A stretch of 64,000 bases of DNA from NCBI RefSeq assembly GCF_004010195.1, contig NC_057718.1:60382137-60446136 (forward strand), written 5' to 3'. This DNA is from Chiloscyllium plagiosum (lineage: Eukaryota). Below are positions 9,666 through 22,012 of this stretch, in pieces. Both the position numbers and the translations under genes were made by a program. Position 1 is the first letter of the stretch, and the number at the start of each line of letters is the position of its first letter. The notes beneath the pieces are model-generated. The model saw nothing but the letters and a program-made list of their open reading frames with translations. It did no database searches and was not told where the DNA came from.

Positions 9666-12384
9666 AGGATGTGGAGGTGTTGGTATGCTTTCTTGTAATG
9701 TGTAAAGTATATTTTGTTGCATAAGTTGATTTGGGGATAAATGAATAAAGCTTTCAATGACATTTTTCCCAAGTTGAGCACAAGTGTTGTATTTGATCAG
9801 ACTTTAGTGTACTGTAAAGCATGTGACGACACACTCACTATCCATGTATAAGGAACAAAAGTCAGCCTTGATATATAACAGCAAGGCCTTGCTAACACTG
9901 CTTCATGAAAGCAGGAGTGGATTTAACTACTTTTGCCAGTTTAATTTCAGAAAAAGGAAAATTCAAATATTTTATCACTTATTTTACAATCAGTGAAATA
10001 ATATAGGTACAGGATCTTTTGTAAGCTTATTCATATTAAGTATCACAAGGCAGACAATTCAGTCATTGCTCTGAAACCTAATAAACAATGCAAGTAGATA
10101 TCATTTATTTTCTAAACATTCATCCATTGCACTCGTATTTTAAATAATATTTACAATTAATATAAAATTTGACTGGTTATTCTATTCGTCCAAGGGCCTG
10201 ATCACATAAAGGATAAAACAAAAAAAGATATTTTGACAGTGATTTCCCACCTCTGGTTTCCTGTACGAAAATCATTCAAACATCTGCTCTTTCTGACAAA
10301 AATATTCATTAAAAACATTTCACTGCACTGCCTTTTAATATACTGCAACCATTCAACCTGTGCAGGGAGCTTCCTGAAATTGCACAAATACTGCGTAATT
10401 ATCTCTCAGCTCCCTGCTGGCTGCTGCTGATTCCTTGTAAAGAGAACAGCACATTTACAGATCTCGACTTCTGTGTTCATTGTCCCTGCTAGGAATATGA
10501 TGCAGTACTTCATTATCCTAGGCCTGATCAAACTTAATAGATTTGGCCATTATTCTTGTACATGTCAAAAGCCTTCTGCACTCGCATCTACCACCCCTCC
10601 TCTCCCGATGTCCACACACATACAGATACACACTTCTTAGTTATTTTTTTGTCACCTGGGGAACGTATCTTATCTCTAGACTGTTTTCTTTAAACTGAAC
10701 AGCTTTCACGAACAAGTGCAGCTGACGAATGTTGATGATTTGTCATGTGATAAGAGTAGAATAAGGCGAGCAATTTTTCTGAATTGTTGGCCTGTTCCTT
10801 ATTGACCACTTTTGCTCTTTTTAAATTTTAAATTGCTGAGAATTACTGCACTAAAAAAAATGAAGGACGATTTTGAAGGCAATCACTGTGATCACTTAAT
10901 TCAGTCTGCGCGTATCTACTTGGCATAAGGTAATTACAGTGCCACATCACTGTAAAGACAGAAAGCTTAGGGTGCTGTACTGACTTACCCAGACGATAGC
11001 ACATGATTAGAAGTCAGTGACAGATCACAACTGCTGAATGACCCGTCAAGGTCATTATCAAGGACAAATAATATAATTAGTATGCACTTCACTACCAGAA
11101 AAGTTCAGTGCCATTGTTCTGGCACAATCAAATTAGCCTGGCCAATAAGGACAGTGCTCTGTGATCTTAATCATACAGCAGAAAACCATGAAACCACCTT
11201 ACAAACAGGATTAAAATTTACTTCTTTCAACTGTCTGGGCTGTTAATTCCTTCCTTCGGAGAAGCTACATTTGTCTGATTTAACGAGATAAGATTTGAGC
11301 ATTGATGCAGTGCATTGTTAATACAGCAGGCACATACACAATACAGCAGAGTCCAAGCATCAGATGGGTACATAAATCAGGTATTCAAAAAAATTAGATA
11401 TGCAGCACACCAATTTTATAGTCCCAGCCTTAGAAATTGAAATAGCCCAGATTAATGTATCATATCTTACATACTGTCCGACTGAATCAACTTTAATATA
11501 TTGAACAGATTCACCGAACAAGACTCTGTTATCTGCTAGGGAGATTGACCTATGGATTTGATTTGGTTCAGGTAGTTCATGTTATACAGAACCACTTGAG
11601 CAGCTTTCCTAAGAAATAAAATTTGTAATAGAAATATGTCATATCTCTTTGACTTCATTTTCCATTCCTCATTGGGGGCTTATTTTGACCAGTGGTGAAA
11701 TCTTAACTTTTGTTTTAAAATTGTTTTGCTTTATTACTGCAGAATGTGTTTTCTTTCCAAACGGAATGCAAAGATTTTTGGCATTGTACAATCTGGCAGC
11801 GAATAGAGTTGGGTTTTAGATGGAGTCTCAACCTTTCTTCAATAATGAACAATGCATATGCATGAACTTGGAATAATTTAATTTTCAATATATGACTAAT
11901 AATATATTCTGTTCTCACATTGTGTGTGATATGCAGTGTCTCATTTTGTGGTTTGACATATTGCAAAAAGTATAGTCAATGTGACTTGAGTGAATTTTAT
12001 TGATGAATAGCTGAATTTTATTGGTGAATACATTTTATTATGAATCAGGGCAAACCCTAATAATCTCCAATATGGTTGATAACTATTTGCAAGAATTCAC
12101 AATATCAACCGATATATCTTTGCTTTATTTCTTAGTGGCTGTTTATTTATGCTTCAGGTAGCAACAAGGCTTATGTGATTTAAGGTCAATGGAACTATCA
12201 AGTCCAACTACATTCCTACTCCTCTAGCCTCCACATTCAGGTAAGTGACTTGTTGTAATGGCATCCAGTTAGGCCAGTTCACATTGGTAGGAGCTGTCTC
12301 AGGACAAACCAATGTTGAAGTATTGACCTCCAGCCCTCATTTTTCCCATTTGCACGTGCAAAGGGTCTATTGCTTGCTTAAAGT

Positions 12385-12560
12385 ATAGGAACATAGGCAC
12401 AAGCCATTCAGTCCTCTACTCCTGCTTGCCATTCAATTAGATCATGGCTGATCTGTACCTCAGCCTCATTTACACAACCTCCTCCACCTAACAAAACTGT
12501 ACCAATCTCAATTGACTGCACCAACTGATCCAACATCCACAACCCTTCTCTCTATATCTA
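12385..12560 (-). mobile_element. Old CR1 3' tail fragment
   Basis: AGGAACATAGG..GCCATTCAG.CC..CCTGC..GCCATTCAATTAGATCATGGCTGATCTG, same tail type as 53625. Confidence 0.6.
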
Positions 12561-12788
12561 CCCTAGCAAATTGATTTGACATTGCAGTTTCCCAGATAGG
12601 GTTTGACCCACATTCTGTAGAATTGAAACATCACTTTAATAGCATTGTATTCCAGCCCTTTTAAGATAGAAGCCAATATTGCATTAGCCATCTGGTTGCT
12701 TTTGCTTGTGTAGATAAAGAATTGTCACTGACTGCTATGAAGAATGAGGGGTGTTTTGATTAACAGAAAGAAGATTGTCACAGGGGAA

Positions 12789-13000
12789 TCATGATTCGGA
12801 GATGCCGGTGTTGGACTGGGGTGTACAAAATTAAAAATCACACAACACCAGGTTATAGTCCAACAGGTTTAATTGGAAGCACTAGCTTTCGGAGTGCTGC
12901 TCCTTTGTCAGGTGACAGCTACCTGATGAAAGATCAGCGTCCGAAAGCTAGTGCTTCCAATTACTGTTGGACTATAACCTGCTGTTGTGGGATTTTTAAC
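12789..13000. mobile_element. Penelope-derived inverted mini-element with two opposed hammerhead motifs
   Basis: TSD TGTCACAGGGGAA at 12776-12788 and 13001-13013; ~85-bp inverted arms; + strand CTGATGA...CCGAAAGCTAGTG. Confidence 0.85.
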
Positions 13001-13184
13001 TGTCACAGGGGAAGGGGAACCTGTCCCCACTGGGAAGACATTGTGGGCAAGGACATAGCAGGGCCTTAAGACAAGTTCCTTGTTATTTTATACCATCTTT
13101 CTCTTATTCCTTCTCACCTAAATCTCACCCTCAAATACAATATGTGAAAAATTATTGCTGCTTTCAGAAGCCTCAAGTGAGTGA

Positions 13185-13312
13185 AACACAATGGGAGTGA
13201 GTACGAATGTGGAGTTGTGGTTACAATCAGATTACTGATGATTTATTGAAAGGTGACACAGACTCAAAGACTTGAATGGCCTCCTTCTGAATCTAATTCA
13301 TATGTTCATATG
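13185..13312 (+). mobile_element. Old CR1 3' tail fragment
   Basis: GTGGAGTTG.GGTTACAATCAGAT..ATGAT.TATTGAA.GG...ACAGACTC.AAG...TGAATGGCCT. Confidence 0.5.
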
Positions 13313-13394
13313 TTGTAAGCCACTCGCCTGTCTCTGCTTATCCATGCCGTCAAACATTTAAGACAAATGCAACATTTAAAATGAACAGCAACAG

Positions 13395-13492
13395 TTTGAG
13401 AAGACAACTCACCACCACCTTTTCAAGGGCAACTAGGGATGTTTAATAAATGCTGGCCAGCCAATGATGCCCACATCCCATGAGTGAATAAA
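13395..13492 (+). mobile_element. 3' end of SacSINE1-partner LINE
   Basis: GAAGACAACTCACCACCACCTTTTCAAGGGCAACTAGGGATG..AATAAATGCTGGCCAGCCAATGATGCCCACATCCCATGAGTGAATAAA. Confidence 0.75.
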
Positions 13493-13720
13493 CAAATAAT
13501 CTCAGAGAAGCAGGCGACTCAGCAATCTGAAGGCCATTCTCCAGTTGTCCTCTCCCTCCTGATATTATTTACCTTGAGGCTACACTTGGCAGGAAATGTG
13601 AAAGAGATCCATCATCATAGAAATAGACAAGCTACTTTAGGATGCATGAGAGACATCAACAGATCATTCAAATGATTGAAATGCAATTAGGTCCTTATAT
13701 TGGATGAGCTTCAGGTCTAC

Positions 13721-13920
13721 TACAAGTCATTCATGTTTCAGGAATATGAATTTGCTATTATCGATTGACAAATTGGGGACTCTGTTTCTAAAGCGTGCAT
13801 TTTTAAAACGTGTGCTAGCTGTAACATGATCACATTGGCGACACTTGAAGTGCTGTTTCGAAAGCACAATCTTTCTATAATGCGGGACGCAACCATCGCA
13901 TTATAAAGGAACTACCTGTA
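13721..13920. mobile_element. Tc1-mariner/Tigger-like MITE (degraded)
   Basis: Right end CGCATTATAAAGGAACTACCTGTA; left end TACAAGTCATTC is an imperfect inverted match; TA at both ends. Confidence 0.5.
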
Positions 13921-14832
13921 CTTAGAATGCACAAGTCAAAGGATTTCCAATTTGTTTTGTCAAGCTGTCTCGCATATTCAAGTCTTTGTTCTGGCCGCTA
14001 AGGCAAACCAAAAGTATTATTCAGATTATGAAATTCTAAACTCTCAAAGTCCAAGACAAGGTTGTTGAACTAATTTAATATGAGTATACTTTTGAACAAA
14101 AACTGCAAAATTAAATGAAGTAGAAGATAATATGCACAGACTGGTATACTTAAGGTATGCTGAAGAATCTAAAGAAGAAGCTGTAAGAATTTGACAGACA
14201 CCAAGGAAAGATAAAAAGGCAGAAGTCAATAGAGAAGCAGACTAAGTGATAATCTACTAACAGGCAGTTACAAATCATAACATGGCCCTGAAGGGAACAG
14301 TGCACAGAAAATTAAGCCTCACTCTTCATGAAATGTGAAATGAGATTAATTTAATCTTTTGGACAGTTAATGTCTGACTGATAATTTTGTAATATAAATA
14401 AACTTACAACAGGTTTCATCAGTAAACAAGAGAACAAAAAAAAATGCATTCATTATCTTTTGGTTTTTGGTCATAATGTTACATTGTTTCGACTGCAGCA
14501 AACTTTAATTCAGTAGCTGGTCATTTGGACCTAGGTCTTGCCTTGAATTAGAGGTTTTCTTTCTTTTTGCAAAGTCGTGTGTTGTTTCTTTTCCAATTAA
14601 ACAAGCAGAGTATTTTTTTTCTTGCTGTAGGATGTTTTGATCTACTTTCCCACAGTTTCAGTTCAGTGAAAAACTGCAACCAATGCAAACTCTGTTGTTG
14701 GATAGTTGCTTCTTTTTTCCAAAGACACTTGGTGCTGGTGATCAAAAATTATGGTTCCAGGACCATTATGTGCTCTTATCTAACCATAAGTGTCTATACA
14801 GTTGCCCTTTTCCTTTAAGCTTAGTCATTTGA

Positions 14833-15183
14833 TAGCATGGTGGCAAAGTCACTGGACTAATAATCCAGAAACACAGGCTAAGGTTCTAGGGATATGAGTT
14901 CAAACCACACCATGGAAGATGGTGAAATCTGAATTCAATGTTTTAAAAAATCTGGAATTAAGCACCCAATCATGCCAGTATAACAACTGTCAATTACTGT
15001 AAAATCTATCTGGTTCACTAATGTCCTTTAGGGAAGGGAATCTGCCATCCTTACCTGGTCTGGTCCACGTTTGACTCCAGACCCGTAGCAATGTGGTTGA
15101 CGTTTAACTGCCCTCTGGGTAATTAAGGGATAGACAATAAATACTGGCCTAGCCAGAAGTACCTATATCCCATAAACAAATAA
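14833..15183 (+). mobile_element. SacSINE1/DeuSINE-like SINE, near full length
   Basis: tRNA-like head (GTCACTGGACTA.TAATCCAGA, GAGTTCAAA), central ATCTGGTTCACTAATGTCCTTTAGGGAAGGGAATCTGCCATCCTTACCTGGTCTGG, tail AATTAAGGGAT..CAATAAAT.CTGGCC. Confidence 0.85.
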
Positions 15184-16719
15184 GCAAACAATTCAACAAA
15201 AGAAATACTGGTCATCCAAACTGCCATTTGCTGGTTTATATTCCCAAAAACAATATGTGCGGTCCTTACAATGATTATATGAATTGAGGATAAAAGATTG
15301 CAATATGGCCTGGTCAACAAATTTCCAGTGAATTATGTTATATAATTTGTTACTGAATCATTTCCTGGCTGCAAAAACAAAGCCATCAGTCTTCTATAAA
15401 TTCCTCACTAGTTGAAGAAATAATTGACAAAAGATCAAGACTGATCACTGTTGAGGTTGAGGGGTCTGTAAAATAGACTAAAGGAAGGAGAAGCAAAAGT
15501 GGAACTGAAATCAAGAATGCAAAAGACACATTGAACCAACCGCATTGTGTCTATATTGGCCCGTCTGATAATACTCAGGCAAGACAGCCTGAATCACGAA
15601 GCACAGCTGAAACAGGGCAAGAGGCAAACTTGGGTGCATACAATGCTGAAGTGTTTGCAATGACATGCTGACAAATATGATTAAAAAGTTACATGGAATG
15701 ACACATTGTGAATTCTGAAAGATTCCGACAAGAATGTTTCAAAGAGATTTGACACTGACAAGGGATACAAAATGTAAGCATAAGATCCTTAAGACTGTCA
15801 AATGCAATATCTCAGTCAAAGATGGTTTCTTCAGGTTCAATCGTATTTGACAGGACTTTCAACATGGCCACACCACAGATGATCTTAATACCTTCGATTC
15901 ACAACTTTTGAAATATCTTACAGAATAATTTGCTGTCAAATGACTATTTAATTCCCCTTCAAATTAATCTGTATATTCTACATTTCATGGTCTAACACTT
16001 TTTTCCCAAATTCATGCATTCTGCAGACCTCTGTCTAATTTTCCACACTTTTCTTTCTTCAAGTCAATCTTCTTCACCTTTTCATTTTGCCTTAAACTGC
16101 TCCAAACCTTTCAATCTGCCAATGGGTTTAGATTTACTTTTATTTCGTCCTTTAAAATTCTCTCAAGTGCCAAGTAACAGCTACCATCTCATAAATGTAA
16201 TATTTCAGATCATCTTTCCTTCATCTTTGATTATTTGTGTTTCCAATATTTTGTCATCAAATGAAACCCCATATCGCCTCCATGTTGAAACTTCATTCAA
16301 TAAATTTGGTTTCCTTTTCATGCAAATACCTTTGTCTTCCCATAACTCTTGTTTCCATATAAACCTCAATTTACCAAGATTTAATTACTCCTGTAATTTG
16401 CTGCCAAACAAAAGTGGTATTTGCTAAATGGATCCATTTTCATCCCTTGCCTCCAAGCTTTGTTCCTCTTTGCGTGCAACTTTCTTGTCTTTCTTAGTTT
16501 GCTCAATGGTTGTCCTCAGTTTTGTGACAGCATTCTACATCTTTTTCCTTTACCTGGAATCCTTTTTGCATTGACCTTCAGGCCCAAAATGTTGCCTGCT
16601 TTCAGGACTCATAACTTTAGCTAATAATTCTCCAGTTGATGTGGCCTGGTCAACAAAATCCCAATGGATTGCATTCTGATGTCATACTCTTGATGGACAT
16701 TTCTTATTCAATCTTCAAT

Positions 16720-17480
16720 AGAGGAGGAGAGAAAGTAACAGAAAATGTATCCATCAAACATGATCTGCTGGAATTATTCAGGGAAGAAGTTCAGGACAAT
16801 ATCACAGATCTTCAGGCAAATTGTCACATGCTTCTGGAATATACCATGCCACAGTCCACAAAGTCATCAAAACCTTAAACTTTCATGCAACTTGCTTTGC
16901 ACAGGATGCCAAAACAGACAATTTTCCAGGCCTCAACTATCAGTTGCATCTAATGGCCAATGCCATCTTAGACATTATTAAGGAGAACATTACTTTGGCC
17001 ATTTACCTCAGTAGGCAACAAGAGTGATCCTGTGGCTTTAGGGCAATGGCTGGTCTCTGTCATGCAGAGTAGGTAGCCAACAGAACACAACAGTTCAACA
17101 GGGAACCACAATGTGGGACAACTACATTTGTCAGCATGTATATCAATGCTCAGGTTGTAACCGATGATTGGAACAACATCATGCCAATACTATGCAAGTA
17201 TTTCTATTCTCAAATGCACCACCACCTCACTTTCCATCTGATCCTGGGAAGAATTCAGATGCTTGCTAAGGAAATGAGGAAATCCTTGCAAACTTGGCTG
17301 TTAACACCGGCGTACAACTTAAAGATGTACAACAGCGTACACCAGTGAAACAAACAAGGCCATAGCACAACTAAGACCTTTACAGATCAGATGACTTGCA
17401 GATTCAAATTTCTGGACTGATTGGGAGTCCTTGTATTCAGTACCTGATTTTCACATGCAGTTGTGGTCTGCTATAAATCA
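16720..17480 (+). pseudogene. PIF/Harbinger transposase relic B
   Basis: Collinear motifs: KVIKTLNFHATCFAQ (VKVTAALNFYATGSFQ), SMYINAQVVTD (HSINVQxVCD), LQTWLLTP, QGHSTTKTF..CRFKFLD..FSHAVVVCY. Confidence 0.7.
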
Positions 17481-19112
17481 AAAAACATCAGATTACAGGG
17501 AAGCCTGCATTTGGATGAGAAAGGGGCAGCAACAATAGTCAAGAGGTATGCAAGTCCTTGAAAAAGCAACAAAATTAGAAGGGGAAGGAAGGCCTTTTGA
17601 AGATCTCCTCACCTAACTGTCAGAGATCAGTTTTCCATTCCAACTTTGAGGACATACAAAGAACAATTCTGCATATTTCTGTAATGTTCTTTGCCATTTT
17701 CTTCATTCTCCATTGAAAGATATTCAAAGCACTCAGCCTAAATGGCATTATTATTCTGACAAAACCATTTCACAAGTTACTATAAATCCACACAGTACTC
17801 CCAAGTGCCAAATCAGAGCAAGGTGATTAATATAATGCCTAACATAATCCAGTCAATTAACTAATACTGGCTTAAGAAAATATCCTAACTCTACCACTCC
17901 AAGGAAGCTCTCTCCTGCAGGTTTGAGGAAAGCTGGTGGAAAGGTTACTTTTACTCACATGTAGCCCCTCGAGATGCTTGTTGTTGGAGATTCCTGATTG
18001 CTTGAAGCATTGGAGGTACTGGTTGCAGCAATTTAGCTGCAATTTGAGATTTGTCCAGCTGATTTGCAGACTCCATGGCAGGTATCTTTTGGGCAAAAGT
18101 GGAGGTGAGGATACAGACTTCATCATGGAGTCTACCAACTGCTGCTATGATGCCACTGCCACATGCTTGGAATTTGATCTCATCTCTTCCATTAAACACA
18201 ACACTGGAGATGGCAGGCTCTTTCACATGCTTCCTGTCCTCACATGCGCACAGTACCTGCCCAAAGTTAAAATCAGCTTTAAGATCCTCAGAATTTTGAC
18301 TTTTGACAAAGTTTGGTGAAAGTTTGATGCAAATCAAATATGAATGGCAGGCAAATACGATAGCCTGAAGTATACTTTGAATCATGTTTCCTTGGTCAAT
18401 ATGAAAACCAACATGTGGATAAAGCCCATCAGGCAAAGAATTTCTTTGAACACAAGAATGGTAGATGTTCCCTGTCAAACAGATATCACAGACAAACAGC
18501 ACTGGTCATGAACAGGTAAGTCTGTAATTGATTAATATTCCCATGAATAGAGAAAAAAAAAGCCATTAATTGCTTTAACTAGAGGGAGAGTTCTGCTCAG
18601 CAACTGAATTGGAAGTTCTAATGTCATTGGATTATTATTCCAGAGGCTGTGGCTAATGTTCTGGGGGCATAGGTTAAAATCCCACTATTGCAGTTGGTGG
18701 GATTTGAATTCAATTGATAAACCTGGAGTTTAAAAAAAACTAATCTCAGTAATGGAGAGGACTGAATGACTGTAGATCATGGCATATAAAAAGTATCAAA
18801 GGTCAAGCTTTTCACATGCTCAGCATATAAATTAACTCTCCTTTTCAGCCATGGCATATGATACTCATACAAGTATCCACCCTCAATTTTACACTCCACA
18901 AATGGATGTTTCACTTATTGATGCTTTATAACTGGTGTTATGGGTTGTGTTGTGAAGTTATTCAGTATTTCAAGGCACAGTCACATTGAGTAGACCACAA
19001 GTGGTGAAAAATAAAATGATGACAACCACACCAATGTGCATGATTCACTTTTCTATTTGGTGTAAATTCAAACCTGACTTTTGCACAGGGTTTATAAGAC
19101 ATCAAAGGTCAA

Positions 19113-19245
19113 TAACACAAAACAAAGAACTACTGATGAACTGTTCTGATGAAGGGTCACTGGACTCAAAACATTAACTCTCTTTTCTTTTTCTTTCTCC
19201 ACAGATACTGTCAGATCTACTGAGTTTCTCCAGCACTTTCTGTTT
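19113..19245 (+). mobile_element. Penelope-derived mini-element with decayed hammerhead motif
   Basis: TSD ACATCAAAGGTCAA at 19099-19112 and 19246-19259; TTCTGATGAAGGGTCACTGGACTCAAAACATTAACTCT..CTCCACAGAT.CTG. Confidence 0.8.
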
Positions 19246-20029
19246 ACATCAAAGGTCAACTTACACTGTCCCAACATCTACATTACCTGATTGCTGTAAA
19301 AGCTCATCTGGGTCACTTTGGCAATGAAATCTGCCATCTTTACTTTGTAACTCAAGATCCAGACAATATGATTGACTCTTAACTGCCTTCTGAACTGTTC
19401 TAACATGCCATTTAGTTGCAGAAAGCCTCCATGGATATGTTGGAAAAGGAATAAAATTGGTGGGCCCACTAGACGTCAACCTGGGCACCAAAAACATCAG
19501 CAACATGGTCAATCCAGTCCTTTTTAGCAGTAACAGCTTATGCCAAAGCTTGAGCAGTAATCCCATTGACAACATACATTACAGCCAATGTCCCAGATAT
19601 CTCCTTCACCATCCATTGGTTCTCCCATTGTATGACAGAACCAGCAGAAGTAACAGCACATCAGAATATATGCAGCTGGGAAAGAGTGTTCCTTGAAGTC
19701 CTCAGGCCAATAAGTTTCAAGGTATCAAATCAAGCAAGGGCATGGGCGTGTTCTGCTGCTTACCACTTAAACCCTCCTTTAGCTGATGTGTCACCAACAA
19801 TCACAATTAGATTTCTGTTATACTCCTACTTCCACGTGTCCTGATGGAGCTCAAGATTTCTCACTGGATCCTTCAATCTTCATTTCTTCAGAAATGCAGA
19901 GCACAGAGTACTGTGACGAATTCCAGTGAAGTGAATTGCACTTGTGGGAGTGAGGAAGTAAGTGTAGCCCTTTTTACAGCATTTGTGTTGTAAGGTGAGC
20001 TCATATGTCCATTTTGAATGTTACCAAAT

Positions 20030-20345
20030 AAGTGTATGGATGAATGTTAGTGAATGGGTGAATGAGTAAGGTGGTTGGGTGAATAGATGGATGAGGTAGT
20101 GGCTATATTGGCCACTGGGTGAGGTGAGTGGGATAGAAGGGTGATATATAGATAAAGTGGTGAGTGGGTAGGTGGCAGCTGGATGGACTAGCAGGGAAAT
20201 AGGGTGGCAGAGGGTAGTGTGGAAGGTGGGGATAGTAGCAAGTGTTTAGGGAGTGAGGTGAATAGGATGGCAGGCAGAAATGGTGGCAGGTCAGTAAGGT
20301 GGCGCCTGCATAAGATAGAAAGTAGGTAAACTGGATGAATGGTCT
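20030..20345. repeat. G-rich low-complexity tract
   Basis: Recurrent GGGTGAGTG/GGGTAG/GGATAG motifs, with G-rich + strand. Confidence 0.6.
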
Positions 20346-21168
20346 CTGGGTTAACATCAGATTGGGTTGGGAGGGCTTTTTAGGTCAGGGGTTAGACAAT
20401 TTAGGGTCAAAGCAAATTTGGGTGTCAATATTGAGGGGGTCAGCTGTACAACTAACTGCATGTTTGTAACATTTGCTGAACAACTATCCAGAAAATTAAT
20501 CAGAACTGTCCAAAGTCTCAGAATCTAGCTCAGCAAGATACATTTTTGGAGGCATCCAGGATAGCGGGGACAGGACAATTGTGTCTGTCAGGAAATCAAA
20601 CATCCTGGGAATTCTGGGGAGTTGGACCTTTGTGAAAGTATCCCAATGTCTCAAAAAGCAATTTTGGGCTAGTACATCTCATCTCTTACAATCCAGAGAT
20701 GGGAAAATTATATTCTATTATAATCCATAATGTTATGATCCAGTATCTCCTTCACTTTGCCATTATCACTAACATTTATTGAGAGGGCAGGAGAGCATTT
20801 CAGGAGGCACACCACGCATACTAAAAAATGAGGCACCAATCTTTTGCCACTATAACACAGGACCATGTATACCAAACAGTAGGAACAAGATGTGATTGAC
20901 ATAACTAAGCAATATTGGCAACAAATGATCAAATCAAAGTTTTGCAGTCCTGCCACATGTAGCTGTGACTAAGAGAGAACAGTTAAACAATGAGCTCCAC
21001 AAAAACCTCCATCCTCAATGATGGAACGGCCATCTGTATAAAAGATAAGGATGAAGCATTTGCAACAGTCTTCAGCCAGAAGAGCCAAATGGATGATCTA
21101 TGTCAGCCTCCTCCCATCATCATCAGTATCACAGATGCAAATATTCAGCCAATTCAGTTCACTCCACG

Positions 21169-22012
21169 TCATAGAGTCAAAGCGATGTACAGCATGGAAA
21201 CAGACCCTTCGGTCCAACTAACTGTACCTCTTGTGCTCGCATCCAAATCATTTATGTAAATGACAAAAAGTAGAGGACCCAGCACCGATCCTTGTGGCAC
21301 TCCACTGGTCACAGGCCTCCAGTTTGAAAAACAACCCTCCACCACCACCTTTGAGCTAGTTCTGTATCCAAATGGCTAGTTTTCCCTGTATTCCACCTTG
21401 CTAATCAGTCTCCCATGGGGAATCTTGTCGAATGCCTTACTGAAGTCCACATAGATCACATCTACCACTCTTCCCTCATCAATCCTCTTTGTTACTTCTT
21501 CAAAAAACTCAAACAAGTTTGTGAAACATGATCTCCCATGCACAAAGACATGTTGACTATCCCTAATCAATCCTTGCCTTTCCAAATGCATGTACATCCT
21601 GTCCCTCAGGATTCCCTCCAACAACTTGCCCACACCGATGTCAGGCTCACTGGTCTATAGTTCCCTGGTTTGTCCTTACTACCCTTCTTAAACAGTGGCA
21701 CCACGCTAGTCAACCTCCAATCTTCCGGCACCTCACCTGTGACTATCGATGATACAAATATCTCAGCAAGAGGCCCAGCAATCACTTCCCTAGCATCCCA
21801 CAGAGTTCTAGGGTACACCTGATCAGGTCCTGGGGATTTATCCACCTTTATGCATTTCAAGACATCCAGCACTTCCTCCTCTGTAATATGGACATTTTGC
21901 AAGGTGTCGCCATCTATTTCCCTACAGTCTATATCTTCCATGTCCTTTTCTACAGTAAATACTGATGCAATATTCTCGGTTAGTATCTCCCCCATTTTCT
22001 GCGGCACAAAGG
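21169..22012 (-). mobile_element. Younger CR1 copy, internally deleted, inserted in the older LINE
   Basis: ORFs 21376-21633 and 21606-22109 (KSPGPDQVYPR, PEDWR, PGNYRPVSLTS, DFSKAFDK); the 3' tail at 21169-21219 is joined directly to RT sequence. Confidence 0.93.

Noticed and set aside
11742..11820. Acceptor-like site followed by MQRFLALYNLAANRVGF*, resembling an aspartic-protease C-terminus
   Set aside because: Short similarity, missing ILGD motif and no other protease exons found; likely chance.
12158..12240. Exon-like segment between TTCAG and GTAAGT
   Set aside because: Stops in all three frames; could only be non-coding, and nothing else supports it.
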